A stretch of DNA of 64,000 nucleotides from Macrostomum hystrix (lineage: Eukaryota; Animalia; Platyhelminthes). Each line of letters begins with the position of its first letter. Positions within the stretch are counted from its first letter, which is position 1. The position numbers and the translations under genes were made by a program. The stretch is from assembly GCA_950097015.1 (NCBI GenBank), contig CATNEN010000039.1, positions 7,626,001 to 7,690,000 of the forward strand, read 5' to 3'. The notes beneath the pieces were generated by a model. That model was not told the origin of the DNA, made no database searches, and saw only the letters and a list, made by a program, of their open reading frames with translations. Below, one piece after another: positions 39,801 through 54,008 of this stretch.

Positions 39801-39952
39801 AGGGAGCCTCCTTGACAATGACAGGTCAGTGACAGGTCTATGTAAACACCAAAACAGACCGCAACAGACCACAACTTGGACTGCAAAGGACCACAATGGG
39901 ACCACAATGGACTATAGTGGGATCGAGACAGTAATTTTTTTAATATTAACAG

Positions 39953-40550
39953 TAGGGTAGAACTACCAAGAGGGGTGGAATTCCCCCCTGACAATTTTTT
40001 TGATGCACCCGAATGGAACAATGCAAGCACATGAAACTCAAGAACATGGGCCAACTTTATGTTGCACATCTCCTGAAACAAGAAACTTGTTCAGACCGTC
40101 GAGATATTCAATGTTTCTGGCCGAAGGTCAGATTTGTCCCATAAGCGCTAGTGTATTTCATGCACTTCTATACACAAATTAGCACTTGGCCTCAGAGCAG
40201 CCTTTCCAGACCTTCAAACTTTATCAGCCTGTCACCCGAATGTGCTTGCATCATCTCCAACTTCGGCGGTCACCGACCTTTATCTATATCTATCTCTCTT
40301 ATCTATCTAGACCTTCAAGAGCTACAACAGGTGGAACTAGGCCACTATGGACACCCTGGCGCGAAATTCCCCAACTTCACTGTTGACTGTTCAAGCCTAT
40401 TAGGCGCAGCTCAACCACAGGACAACCTCGACTAGTCTGTCAACCAATCAGTCACCCCCATAGCATTCAGGCGCTGGCAAAAACATTTTCAGGGGGGAAT
40501 TCCCCCCCCCTTGGTATAAAAACAGGCGGCAAAATGGCTTGGTAGTCCTA
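39953..40550. mobile_element. ~600-bp non-autonomous TIR element, copy B
   Basis: TIR TAG(A)ACTACCAAG / CTTGGTAGTCCTA; interior matches 36174-36756. Confidence 0.75.
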
Positions 40551-42504
40551 CAGTTAATGCTTTCAAAGCCTGGCTTTGAGAGCTTTGCTGATTTCTAACT
40601 TTGATTATTAGCCCAGCTTTAATTTAAGTTACTATCAAAACCTTAAAATGAACTAAAAATTATGCAGTCTCTGAAAATGCTAGTCTTTAATTTAAAGGTT
40701 TTAAACGTTTTGGACACGTGTCGTCAATGTTACAGTTAAACACAGGTAAAGTGGCAGGCAGACTGAGAATAAATCAGCATTTGGACGCCATTTAAATGTG
40801 TGTACGAATATTTCTAAGAAAAAGAGAATAACAAATGTAAGCAATATACATACTGTTAAAATTTATTTAAATCGTTCAGTTAATAATCGCTAACTTCAAA
40901 ATACGACAAAGTAACTGTCAATTCTTCTTTATCTAAAAAATAAAATAAGATAACCGAATTTGCATTTTTGTCAATAAAAGTTGTCAACAATTAATATACA
41001 TTTCTTCTGTGCTGAAACAAACTGACGATATATTAAAACATACTTTTACTTTTTTTTACAAATTTGCTGCTTTTAAGCTACGTACAGTTTGAATTGATTT
41101 TCTAAGAACAAAGAGAAGTCGCGCAGTCCCAGAATTTTCAAAGCTTACTGGATTATACTATTGGTGCATACTTGGTGGATTATTGGTGGATTATACTGCA
41201 GGGATTGGTGCAGGTACTGTGTGGTGCAGCAGAAAGAAGACGCCAATGATGTTTATAATGTTGTTCACCTGGGCTGCCTACTAGCACTGGCTTGACGTCG
41301 TTTTCTGGTTCTGGCAATTCCCAGTTTACCACTCGGCCAACTCCTAAATTCAACCAACTTCCCCCCATGACCATCACACAGCCGCGTGATATCGATTATT
41401 GAATCACTGAATTGTGCGGATTCGATTCGTGAACGTGATGTTGATGTTTGATAAATAGTTATTGATAAACAATAAATATTAAATTGTTTAAAGCTTTGGG
41501 CTTCAGTGGTTTTTCCAGTTGATCGAGTTGCCACTTTTTACAATTTAGTAAGAGAAAAAGTCGTTATTTAAAAAATTAATCTGGAAAGAAGAATAGCTTT
41601 AGATTCCAAGTTTAAAATTCTTCAGACAAAAAACTCTCAGAAGAAATAACCGACCGATAAAAACGGTTAAATATGTAACAGCGCTTATTTCTTAGTCTCT
41701 TAATAAATTCCACCGTTGTCACCAAGTTAATACAATTTTGTAACAGGCCTAATTAGAATTAATTAATTATCTTATCGGTGGCACCAAAGTTGCTGCAGGG
41801 CTATTCTATCAATATAAGACCTCACTGCTGTTACTAAAGTCTAGTCTCAGAGCTTAACACTCTTTCTCTAGCTCTCTTAGTCTTGTATGTATTTCCTTTA
41901 TGCTTAGACTGGTGGTCCTAAAAAGGGCCGTTTAACTCTTGATCTATACTAGACTTAGTATAGACTTAGTATAGACTTAGACTTAGGAGCTGCTGATGAG
42001 TTCACCTAATTACTAAATTTAGCTTTTCCACCTGGCGTTTGTCGTCTGGCTCTCCGATTCTCTAATGATCTCAAATGCAAGTTTATGCAGCAGAAACAGT
42101 GCAGTGATTCCTATTTGAGAGAAGACTGCAGTTGTGTAGCTAACTGATGCGCGAACTATTGTTACCCGTATCTTAAATTTGGTAACCATCCGCGATCGGC
42201 GTTTCGTTTGTTGGCATTTTTCTCTGAAATTTTGTTAAATGTGAGCATCGTCGCCCATTTCTTTTATGATGCCGACCTCTGACATTAGTCAAGCGAGGAA
42301 GCACCGAGACGATAAGAAAAATGATTCTCATACGAGCCGTATTGTTTTAGTCTAGACAATTTCAAGAATGACTGAATGAAATATAATAATTGAGACTGCA
42401 TTCGTTTCTTGTCTGGGTATTTTTGGAGGAAAAGTACGCTAAGAAATTTTGTTTGGGTTATTATGTCTTAATACGCCATTGCGGGGCCGCTGTCGAGCCT
42501 GTGC

Positions 42505-42690
42505 ATGAAATCGCAACTGCCTTGCGCGACAACTGCCTGCGCGACAACAACGACAACAGTCGTGCAATCGTGCAGTCGTGTGCAGTCAGCAATCAGCTGT
42601 CATGCAGTCAGCTGTTCTGCAGGTAATTATCACCGCTGTCAGCTGTCGCGCAGGCAGTCGTCGCGCAGGCATGCAGTTGTCGCGCAGTCA
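42505..42690. repeat. Foldback-like inverted array of GCGCGACAACTG motifs
   Basis: gcgcgacaactgcctgcgcgacaac on the left; gtcgcgcaggc / gcagttgtcgcgc on the right. Confidence 0.6.
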
Positions 42691-45009
42691 ATTGTAAATG
42701 ATTTCAACGGATCAGAGACTCCTGGATCTCATCAACCGGTCCTGGTTGAACGGATGTCCGGTGTAATGGAAGAAATCTATTATATAGTATCTATCTGAAA
42801 GAAAAGAAAGATCCCTGCAGCGACCCTGCATCGTTACAGCCAAGTGGCACTCACCATGCAGCAGCATCGCAAAACTAGCAATGCTGTGCTTCACGGTACG
42901 GTACATTGATGCTGTACGGTGCTTCAATGCCTGTGCGATCGTCCTCGAGAGCTCTGGCCGCCTCAGTAACTCCCATGCTGGTTTTCGCCTCGGTCGATTA
43001 AAAACGAGCTCATCGCGAGCACATGTCAAGATTTTCGACGGGCTTAAAGGCGATGCCCCACTTGCGATTGGTGCTGTGCCTCCTGGACTTAGCGGCAGTT
43101 TACTAAGTAGGCCGGAAAGCTGGACTGATCAAGCTGATTAAGATTAACCTGGGCCCGACTGACGTGCTGACAGGTAACAGCATGAGGGAGGTCTCTGCAC
43201 TCCCGGCATCGCAGGCCCATACGGACCGGGTCCAGTTCTGCCTGAAAGCCGCTTCTAGATGAAGGAACAAGCTGCCAGCCGCCCGGAGCGCAGCCGCTCA
43301 CGGCATCCTCGAGGCCTTGCCTGCAGCCCATGCACTCAGTGCCTTGCATGGACCCGCTCGGCCGGCAGCGCCGTCACCATCCTGTACCAATTAACCGGTA
43401 CAGATGCTTCTTTTATAGCCGAGGACCTATAAGTTAGAAAGCACACAATAGAATCATGTGGTTTCTAAAAATAGCTCTGACGTCAGTGACGCACAAGCGT
43501 CACACCTACGTAGCTATTGGTTCTGACTCAAATTAAAGCACCCAGGCCATTATAGAACAGAATTCGGCGAGTATTATAGATTTTAACCTCTTGAACACTC
43601 GATGCAGAAATAAAGAGCTAATATAACATTGTCATTAAGAAAGCCACAGAAAAGGTTTCATATATTTGGCCTCTATATCAGGCCCGGTATACCATATAAT
43701 TGGCTCCCAATTGATTTTTTATCATTTAAAAGCCGATAAACCACACTAGTAAGCTAGCTTTATTAAGTAGTCCTTTAATAAATTGATATTAGCAATATTA
43801 GAGTGGTACTGACGGTTAAATTTTACATTGTATTTTTACATTTGTATTTCGTGAACGGTATTTGGGCGTTCCTATGTTATGGCATGGTCGAGGCGCTCCC
43901 GCGGTACGTGCCTCGACTGTTTCGCTCATTTCTGCCCTAGACAGTCCATCCAAAATGGTTTTATTTTATTCTAAGTAGGTTTTTCTCCAGACATTTGTCA
44001 AATATGATTTGTCAATTATAAACGCTGGTGCTTACTTTGAAAATAAATAGGCCTGCCAGCAAACACAAAATGCAACTCAAACGTAAGTAACGCTTACAAA
44101 TAACAAATTAGATGTTTGGCAAGTTCCGAGGGCTTTCTTAGAAAATGGTCTAACCGGGCCAATACGCAATTCAAAGACACTAAAAACCTAGCGGGCCTAT
44201 AATAGCTACTCGTACATAAACTATTCATAAACCTGGACAAGGCGAGGCTAATCTAAGCCTCAGCTTTAACGTAGTTAAACTTTTTTAACTCTTCAACTTT
44301 TGCTGAAGAACATAAGAGCTAAACTGAATTTGCTTTTCAAGATCAAGAACTGGATTTCTATTTTCTTTGAACTTTGACTATTTTATACAATTTGAAGTTA
44401 TAAGCCTTTAGTTATAAGAAGTTATAGCTTTTACCTATGGCTATATATAGCCAGTAGACATAGGCGTAGCTAAAATAGGACCTTGCATTTGCAGAAGTAG
44501 CTGCTTTAAGTTGTTGATAAGGTGGGCTTAGTGAAACAGTAGAAGTAAGAAATTGAAAATTTGGTTCATTACAAATCTTAAGAACGATAAGAACCTTATC
44601 ATGCATGACAATATAGTGACAGAAATACTTGAACTAACATTATAGTTCCGAAAATATATTTATGAATCTATGTCAAGTCAGTAGGCCTACTAGGCCTAAC
44701 GATTATGATATTGTGTTTCTTATTGTATGGAACATGATCAGGCCTTTTATTTAGAAATGCATACTCTTTTGAGCTATATGTGTTACAAATCCCCAGTTCC
44801 TCTTCCTGGTGCATACCTGGGAATGTAGTGTAAAATTCCAATAGGAGGTGTGCTATTCAAGCTAAATGTTTATCATTTATGATCAATAAGTCAACTTTTA
44901 TGTTTTATCTTTTGCTAGGGGCCTATAATGGGTCTTGGCCAAATTAACTGTACAAATTAACTCCTTAGTCCAAATAAAGCAGTGTGTCAATGACAGTTCA
45001 GAATTCAGA

Positions 45010-45663
45010 TGTCAGAAAACTTGAAGTGATTATGAGCATCCACTGGAATTGGTGGTGAAATCCTGTACAGTATATTGCTTTCATGATAGGCCTAGTAGAT
45101 GTTGTCTGGCTGCTTGGGCCAGGCATATTACTGAGGACCTTTCCTGTTCATGACATTTACTTTGTACTTGCAACCTTCTCCAACATGGATTTTTGTGATT
45201 TGGCCAGGGTATTGCTGGGCACCATACACAATTAGCACCCAATCACCAACCTCCAATGTTGAAGTTGCTGGCTCGGCTGCAGATCCAGCTGGCTTGCATC
45301 CTGATGGCCAACTGTTGGCTGGGCTGGCTCTTGTTGACTAGCAGTACATGTAGTAGGTGCCGAGATTTCAGCCACGGAAAATGGTTGAGCAGAAGACTGC
45401 TGGTGACTGCTCAGAGTCAGTGTACCAGAAATGTTGGCTCTTGATCCCAGGAACCTGATATATATATGCATGACAGTATATGTACAGATTTATATATATG
45501 CACGTTACATATTATATTGTACAAAGTTAGCTTACCTCTAGTGCAGCTAAGATAGTAGCTGACATGTGTTCAAATTCCTCTTGAACTGCAGCCTTGGGTC
45601 TTGCTGGGCTTGGATGGTAATGAGCTTATTCTTTTCGCCATGTTTTGCAGCCCTCAGCATGGC
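45010..45663 (-). pseudogene. Decayed spliced gene, probably DNA-transposon-derived, with a Tudor/PWWP-like C-terminus
   Basis: ..ATILAALE|VPGIKSQHFW.. then VGDWVLIVYGAQQYPGQITKI..YKVNVM..*YAWPKQPD..*..ISPP, with several in-frame stops. Confidence 0.45.
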
Positions 45664-46748
45664 CTGAAAAAACAAGCTGAAAACGATGTGCATAACATCA
45701 TACAAAGAAGCAACACATCATACAATCATGAAGTGCTTGAAAATTTGTAGAGAAATTTGTTTACTGGCATACAATGCTTCAATATGGCTAACAGAACATG
45801 ATGGTCGTTACACAACTTTGCTATGACTTTTCTTGTAAAGGGTTAACTGCATTGAATTGCAGCTTTTGCACATGTCTATATCACAAAAACAATATATGTA
45901 TATTGTAGTTCTATTAATAGTCCCTGGTAGGCAACAACTTAAATAAATCAATATAAATTATCATGATGGTTGCACCATAACTTTGCTGCAACTTTCCAAC
46001 AAGCCTATAGCCAAATTCTATTGAGATTTTTTTATAGAAATCTAGATTTGTACAAGCATGCATATCACAAAATCATAAAACAGGTTATTTTTTATGTCTA
46101 GCAAATTCTATTAAATATGCTAATATTTACTTGACTTGACTTGACAACTACTATTACTACTAAATTTCTAACCATCTCCGGGCACATATGACCTTACATA
46201 AATCATTCGATAACTAGGCTATAAACACATTTATATGGTACAAATTTATGATAATTTGCTTGTTCAAATGTATTTCTAATCAAGTAAAGCAACAAAGGTA
46301 CCAAAATTGCCCATTTAATTTTTACCACTTAGTGAGACCCTTACAAGGAAATACCCATACACACAAAATTTTTGTCAAAGTGAATAAATTCGACAGAATA
46401 TTTATAATCTGTTAGCCTACATATAAACAATATTTTGCACATTAAAAAACATTGGTACAATACAAAAGAGAGATAAAAGCATCCCTACAATACTAGAGGT
46501 TAGAAAAGAAAATAATATTTTCTACTTTAGACCAAGTTAGGAACCACTGTGCTGGGCCTAAACCAATTAAAAGCTGTTATTAGCTATTTTGCTTCTAATT
46601 GTGAGTAAATATTGATTAAGTCAGTTATAGATAGCTCTTATTTTTTAAGCTTGTGATTTTGAAAAAGCTATTGATAATTCCAGTCAGTCATTGGCCTTAG
46701 CTATTAAAAATAATTTTTTTTCAGCCCATTTTTGTACATATTTCAGCT

Positions 46749-49700
46749 ATGGAAGATACCTCCCAAATACTGCCTCCAATGAATTCAGAGAGGCCATTGC
46801 TACAGCAGGTGATATCTGCACTCATTGATGGCACAGATGAAGTGAGAAACTACCTGTCTAGTGGCTGCAATGTCATTTTGGAATGTAGCGTAAGTTTAGC
46901 AGGCCTTTAGAGAAATTCGACACTGAATGTGTTGTGGTTTGATATTTAGTTTCAACGCAAATTTCAAGTCAGTTTTTTCTTTGCACAATTTTCCATAGGA
47001 GTGTCGCAGTCTGTTTCGCGGATTGCCAAACTTTATTTGCCACCGGCGCCAGTTTTGTCGCCGACCTTCCGTTGATCAGCAGCTGCGGGAGCAGGCGAGT
47101 GGTTCTCCCACTCCAGCTGGCTACCAGCAGCAGCAGCCACAGCCATGTCGCGGTTTTGTCGACTTCTGTCGCAGACTCTGCAATGAGAGTGGCAAAGACG
47201 ACTCCAAGCTTTCTAGCGCGCATCTGTCGCTGCTGAAGCAGCGGAACCAATCCGCGGAGCCAGAGCAGCAGCAGCAGCAGCAGCAGTTAAGGCCCGACTC
47301 TCATCCTGACGAATCGTTCACCAAGACTCTGCCGCCTTCGCTGCAGATGCACCTGTCGACTGCCCGACCTTCTTCGGCGCCGCCGCCTCACCACTCGGAG
47401 CCCCAGCAGCCCCCTGAGTCGCCTATTGTTGTAGTGCAGCCGCGCGATCCGATTGGCTACGTCCGCATGGAGACTCGTAGAAAGGTAGCCAACGCCGCTG
47501 ATGAGGAGCCGGACTCCGACCCGGCGGCTGCCGAGCACGAATTCGACGAAGACGCTTTCAGGCGACTCGGCAAGCGAACAGACTGCGATGTTAAGCGGCT
47601 GGTGTGCTGCTTGTGCTCTATTCAGCTGCCCAGTCTGGTGCATCTGGAAACTCACCTGGAGTGGCTGCACTCGTCCCAGCGCAGTACTAAAGCTGCTCGC
47701 CATTGTCCCGCCTGTAGGCTGCTGTTTCCGACTAGCACCGACTGTCTGGTGCATCTGCAGATGCGGCACGGCGTCACGCCGGAGACTGCGCGAATTCCGC
47801 ATGACCTGCTGCTCAAGGTGAGCTCATCTGGGCCTTTGTACTCACCTTCTAATCAATTTTCGGCCCAGTCGGTAAAGGTCGAGAGGTCAGAGGTTCTTAT
47901 CTCACGCAAAGGGGAAACAATCGGGTGTTTAAAATTCTCTTGCCGAGTTTGCTTGCAGGTAAAATCCGTTACCTTCGTTCCTCAGTGACTAAATAGCACT
48001 CGGGCAAATCTGCTCATTCCAAGTGAACTACTAAATCCAAACATTGAAGATTGGGATACTTAATAATATCTATCGATCTAGATTCTAGACAGAAATTATT
48101 ATTGTAGCCCTTCAGTATGCAAATTTAGTACTCCCATCTGTGCCAACTGGACTAGGTGTCATGTACCTCCATTTCCTTAACTAATCATGAGTTTTTTTAG
48201 TAACGCCGTCGAAGACGTCATATGAAAGTTTCTAAAAATAGCATAAAAGACAAATTTGAATCCATTCTACCCATGTCAGATGGAATTGGCTGAACAGCGC
48301 GAGCGCGATCGGGTGCACCGAGTTCGACTCTCCGATCCAACTGGCGCCAGGCACAATAACAATAACAACAATAGTAATAGTAATAATAATAATAATGATG
48401 ACTTGGACGATGTGGGATTTGTTCACGGCAAATCTGTGGGCAAAGTGCACAGGCGTCACGCCAGGTCTGGCCTGTTTGGCGGCTCGAAGCGGTCTCGCTC
48501 TGGTCGCAGGCTGACGGCTACTTCAGGTGAGTCTACCGGACCGTGCACCGATAATAGCGAGCTTTTTCTTCTGTCATCATTAAGTTCTAAAACGTATATT
48601 TTTTCATTAAAACTCAATTCAGGCAAGCGTCAGGCGTCCTCTTCGTCAGCGACTACAAATCAGCAGCAGCAGCCGCAACAGCAGCAGCAGTCGTCGCTAT
48701 TGACAATGGACTCAATCCCCAGCGGTCATAAGTGCCCGGTGTGCGGCGCCAGCTTTATCACAATGGGCGGCGCCAGCCTGCACGCCCAGGATGAGCACCC
48801 GGATGTGGCCATCTACCTGCCCTGCCTGCTGTGCCCAGTGCGGTGCTGGGCCAGGTCTGCTCACAGACTGCAGGTGAGTAGCTAGTGCCAGCGCTTATTG
48901 GCGAATCCTTTTTGGCCTTCAGGTACGGGTTCACTTGTTCCAGTCCTTCAGGTCCACTTCTTCCAGTCCTTCAGGTCTACTTATTCAAGACCTTCAGGAC
49001 CACTCTTCGAGGACCTTCAGGACCATTCTTCGCAGACCTTCAGGACCATTCTTCCCAGACCTTCAGGACCATTCTTCCCAGACCTTCAGCGCCTTTCTTC
49101 GCAGACCTTCAGGACCATTCTTCCCAGACCTTCAAGACCATTTTTCCCGGACCTTCAAGACCATTCTTCCCAGACCTTCAGAACCATTCTTCCCATACCT
49201 TCAGGACCATTCTTCCCAGACCTTCAAGGCCATTCTTCCCAGACTTCAGGATCATTCTTTCCAGATCTTCAGGACCATTCTTCCCAGACCTTCAAGACCA
49301 TTCTTCCCATACCTTCAGGACCATTCTTCCCAGACCTTCAAGACCATTCTTCCCAGACTTCAGGATCATTCTTCCCATACCTTCAGGACCATTCTTCCCA
49401 GACCTTCAGGACCATTCTTTCCAGATGGAATTGGCTGAACAGCGCGAGCGCGATATGAGACCTTCAAGACCATTCTTTCCAGACCTTCAAGACCATTCTT
49501 CCCAGACCTTCAAGACCATTCTTCACAGACCTTCAAGACCATTGTTTCCAGACCTTCAAGACCATTCTTCCCAGACCTTCAGAATCATTCTTCCCGTGCC
49601 CTCAGGGGCTCAGGCCCGGTCTGTGAATAAACCCAGTTCTCCAAAAAAATTGGCCAGGAACACCTGGCAGAGCGGCATCCTCTGGACTGGTCTAGCAGTC

Positions 49701-50026
49701 GCGAGCGCCTGATTCATCTCGCTTGGCGAGATGCGGTCTGTCGCCGACGCAGCGAACCGGTCGACGATCTGCCAGCGATCAGCGGCGCGGCTAATCCGAA
49801 GGTGACCGCGTCAGGCGCGCTGAAGCTCACCTTCAGCAACCTGGCAACCGTCGTGGCCACCTCTGCCGCGCCAGCCGCAGCCCCGGCTGTGGTTGACGAA
49901 TCCACTACGAATTCAACAGCGTCAGTATCGTCTAGTTCAAATGCTTCATCGACAACCTCGTCTGTGGCACCGGTGGCCCTGGTTGGAGCTGCTGGAAACT
50001 CACAAGTTTCCTCCCAATTGGCATAG
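46749..50026 (+). CDS. ZNF800: C2H2 zinc finger protein, ZNF800 family
   Basis: Exons 46749-46889, 46999-47817, 47869-47958, 48280-48526, 48623-48873, 49658-50026. The N-terminus LQQVISALIDGTDEVRNYL..VILECS|ECRSLFRGLPNFICHRRQFC matches the ZNF800 signature; further C2H2 fingers include CLLC..LQ|EHLAERH. The 47958/48280 junction is uncertain. Confidence 0.83.
48925..49600. repeat. ~22-bp minisatellite in the last ZNF800 intron
   Basis: (GACCTTCAGGACCATTCTTCCCA)n. Confidence 0.94.
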
Positions 50027-50089
50027 GATTGAATTGTAAGATTGCTGAGCACTCAAATCCCCAGACTCATAGGCGGAGGCTATCAAACT

Positions 50090-52665
50090 ATGAGATTTTA
50101 TGGGATGAGATTGTCAAGCCATGAGATTTTATGGGATGAGATTGTCAAGCCATGAGATTTTATGGGGTGAGATTGTCAAGCCATGAGATTTTATGGGGTG
50201 AGATTGTCAAGCCATGAGATTTTATGGGGTGAGATTGTCAAGCCATGAGATTTTATGGGGTGAGATTGTCAAGCCATGAGATTTTATGGGATGAGATTGT
50301 CAAGCCATGAGATTTTATGGGGTGAGATTGTCAAGCCATGAGATTTTATGGGGTGAGATTGTCAAGCCATGAGATTTTATGGGATGAGATTGTCAAGCCA
50401 TGAGATTTTATGGGGTGAGATTGTCAAGCCATGAGATTTTATGGGGTGAGATTGTCAAGCCATGAGATTTTATGGGGTGAGATTGTCAAGCCATGAGATT
50501 TTATGGGGTGAGATTGTCAAGCCATAAGATTTTATGGGGTGAGATTGTCAAGCCATGAGATTTTATGGGGTGAGATTGTCAAGCCATGAGATTTTATGGG
50601 GTGAGATTGTCAAGCCATGAGATTTTATGGGGTGAGATTGTCAAGCCATAAGATTTTATGGGATGAGATTGTCAAGCCATAAGATTTTATGGGATGAGAT
50701 TGTCAAGCCATGAGATTTTATGGGGTGAGATTGTCAAGCCATGAGATTTTATGGGGTGAGATTGTCAAGCCATGAGATTTTATGGGGTGAGATTGTCAAG
50801 CCATGAGATTTTATGGGGTGAGATTGTCAAGCCATGAGATTTTATGGGGTGAGATTGTCAAGCCATGAGATTTTATGGGGTGAGATTGTCAAGCCATGAG
50901 ATTTTATGGGGTGAGATTGTCAAGCCATGAGATTTTATGGGGTGAGATTGTCAAGCCATGAGATTTTATGGGGTGAGATTGTCAAGCCATGAGATTTTAT
51001 GGGATGAGATTGTCAAGCCATGAGATTTTATGGGGTGAGATTGTCAAGCCATGAGATTTTATGGGGTGAGATTGTCAAGCCATGAGATTTTATGGGGTGA
51101 GATTGTCAAGCCATGAGATTTTATGGGGTGAGATTGTCAAGCCATGAGATTTTATGGGATGAGATTGTCAAGCCATGAGATTTTATGGGGTGAGATTGTC
51201 AAGCCATGAGATTTTATGGGGTGAGATTGTCAAGCCATGAGATTTTATGGGGTGAGATTGTCAAGCCATGAGATTTTATGGGGTGAGATTGTCAAGCCAT
51301 GAGATTTTATGGGATGAGATTGTCAAGCCATGAGATTTTATGGGGTGAGATTGTCAAGCCATAAGATTTTATGGGATGAGATTGTCAAGCCATGAGATTT
51401 TATGGGATGAGATTGTCAAGCCATGAGATTTTATGGGGTGAGATTGTCAAGCCATAAGATTTTATGGGATGAGATTGTCAAGCCATAAGATTTTATGGGA
51501 TGAGATTGTCAAGCCATGAGATTTTATGGGGTGAGATTGTCAAGCCATGAGATTTTATGGGATGAGATTGTCAAGCCATGAGATTTTATGGGGTGAGATT
51601 GTCAAGCCATGAGATTTTATGGGGTGAGATTGTCAAGCCATGAGATTTTATGGGGTGAGATTGTCAAGCCATGAGATTTTATGGGGTGAGATTGTCAAGC
51701 CATAAGATTTTATGGGGTGAGATTGTCAAGCCATGAGATTTTATGGGGTGAGATTGTCAAGCCATGAGATTTTATGGGGTGAGATTGTCAAGCCATGAGA
51801 TTTTATGGGATGAGATTGTCAAGCCATGAGATTTTATGGGGTGAGATTGTCAAGCCATGAGATTTTATGGGATGAGATTGTCAAGCCATGAGATTTTATG
51901 GGGTGAGATTGTCAAGCCATAAGATTTTATGGGATGAGATTGTCAAGCCATGAGATTTTATGGGGTGAGATTGTCAAGCCATGAGATTTTATGGGGTGAG
52001 ATTGTCAAGCCATGAGATTTTATGGGATGAGATTGTCAAGCCATGAGATTTTATGGGGTGAGATTGTCAAGCCATGAGATTTTATGGGGTGAGATTGTCA
52101 AGCCATGAGATTTTATGGGGTGAGATTGTCAAGCCATGAGATTTTATGGGGTGAGATTGTCAAGCCATGAGATTTTATGGGGTGAGATTGTCAAGCCATG
52201 AGATTTTATGGGGTGAGATTGTCAAGCCATGAGATTTTATGGGGTGAGATTGTCAAGCCATGAGATTTTATGGGGTGAGATTGTCAAGCCATGAGATTTT
52301 ATGGGGTGAGATTGTCAAGCCATGAGATTTTATGGGATGAGATTGTCAAGCCATGAGATTTTATGGGGTGAGATTGTCAAGCCATGAGATTTTATGGGGT
52401 GAGATTGTCAAGCCATGAGATTTTATGGGGTGAGATTGTCAAGCCATGAGATTTTATGGGGTGAGATTGTCAAGCCATAAGATTTTATGGGGTGAGATTG
52501 TCAAGCCATGAGATTTTATGGGGTGAGATTGTCAAGCCATGAGATTTTATGGGATGAGATTGTCAAGCCATGAGATTTTATGGGGTGAGATTGTCAAGCC
52601 ATGAGATTTTATGGGGTGAGATTGTCAAGCCATAAGATTTTATGGGGTGAGATTGTCAAACTATG
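50090..52665. repeat. 2.6 kb homogeneous 31-bp minisatellite just downstream of the ZNF800 stop
   Basis: (ATGAGATTTTATGGGGTGAGATTGTCAAGCC)x~83 with two variant positions. Confidence 0.98.
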
Positions 52666-53619
52666 AGAGTATTGTGTTGTACAGCGAGTCTTGCTAATAA
52701 TTCTACTTATAATTAACTAATTGTAGTTATTGTTTACCGCTGGTCTAGAACAGAGAAAAAACTGCTTTGAAGGCAGTGACTTCTATTTAAATGAATCCTG
52801 TGTTTTGTCTCACATTTGTTAATTAAATTTCAGTCATGTTTTTGTCGCACACAGATTTGAAAATTAGCAAACATAAAATAACTGATAAAACATTTTACTG
52901 TTCCGTTTTCCTTGTTAATCGCATTTCAACTGTCCCAAACGTCGCTTTCTACCTGGCTGTACGCTTTCGATTGCAGATTTCTTGCTACAATTATATTAAT
53001 ATTATTTTCTAAATCAGTGCGCGCATTAAGTCAAGTGCATCGCAACAATCTTCCGTTATTTTTCCTTCATTTCTAAAATTAAATCGATGTAGTTACTGAT
53101 ATGGAACCTGCCTGTAACCGCCTACTGATGAGCTGCTGGTTAGTAGTAAGTAACTAATATTCGCCATCTATTATTTTTGCCCTGCGCTATCAAACAAATT
53201 GTTGAGCACCTATTTTCTCTAGCCATTTTTTATCGTTATTCTTTTGTCGGAGTTCAGTATTTAATTAGGAGCGAGTTGTTTGTTGCCATGCTGATAAAAT
53301 TTGCGGTTTGATTTTTGTTAAAATCAACTTCCTATTATTAAGCCTGTGCCCGAGAGTCCAAGCCCTTTATTTAACCGGATAGAATGCAATATGGAATTTT
53401 TTTGCGGCTGTCAATCAATTACACTGACTTTGAACTACTGCCCAGCTGCTGCTGCTGCTGCTGCTGGCCTGCAAGCAGATAACTGGTTTAGCTTGACTAC
53501 AACAATTCAAATTGATTTGTTTAATTCCTATTTAGTTTATTTGGTAGATCATTTTCACATTTTCAAAATTTATTAAAAAGCATTTATTGTGTTTTTTAGA
53601 GAATAATTGTGGGGATTGA

Positions 53620-54008
53620 GATGTCAGTGATGTGACCAACAGGGTGTCAGTAGTGTGGCCAACAGGGGTGTCAGTAGTGTGGCCAACAGGGGTGTCAGTA
53701 GTGTGGCCAAAAGGGGTGTCAGTAGTGTGGCCAACAGGGTGTCAGTAGTGTGGCCAACAGGGGTGTCAGTAGTGTGGCCAACAGGGTGTCAGTAGTGTGG
53801 CCAACAGGGTGTCAGTAGTGTGGCCAACAGGGGTGTCAGTAGTGTGGTCAACAGGGGTGTCAGTAGTGTGGTCAACAGGGTGTCAGTAGTGTGGCCAACA
53901 GGGGTGTCAGTAGTATGGCCATCAGGGGTGTCAGTAGTGTGGTCAACAGGGTGTCAGTAGTGTGGTCAACAGGGTGTCAGTAGTGTGGCCAACAGGGGTG
54001 TCAGTAGT
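53620..54008. repeat. 24/25-bp minisatellite
   Basis: (GTGTCAGTAGTGTGGCCAACAGG(G))n. Confidence 0.94.

Noticed and set aside
42712-43385. GC-rich block with CRECRDLPHAVTCQH (zinc-finger or MULE-like)
   Set aside because: Broken frames with no ends or catalytic motif; probably a transposon relic but cannot be assigned
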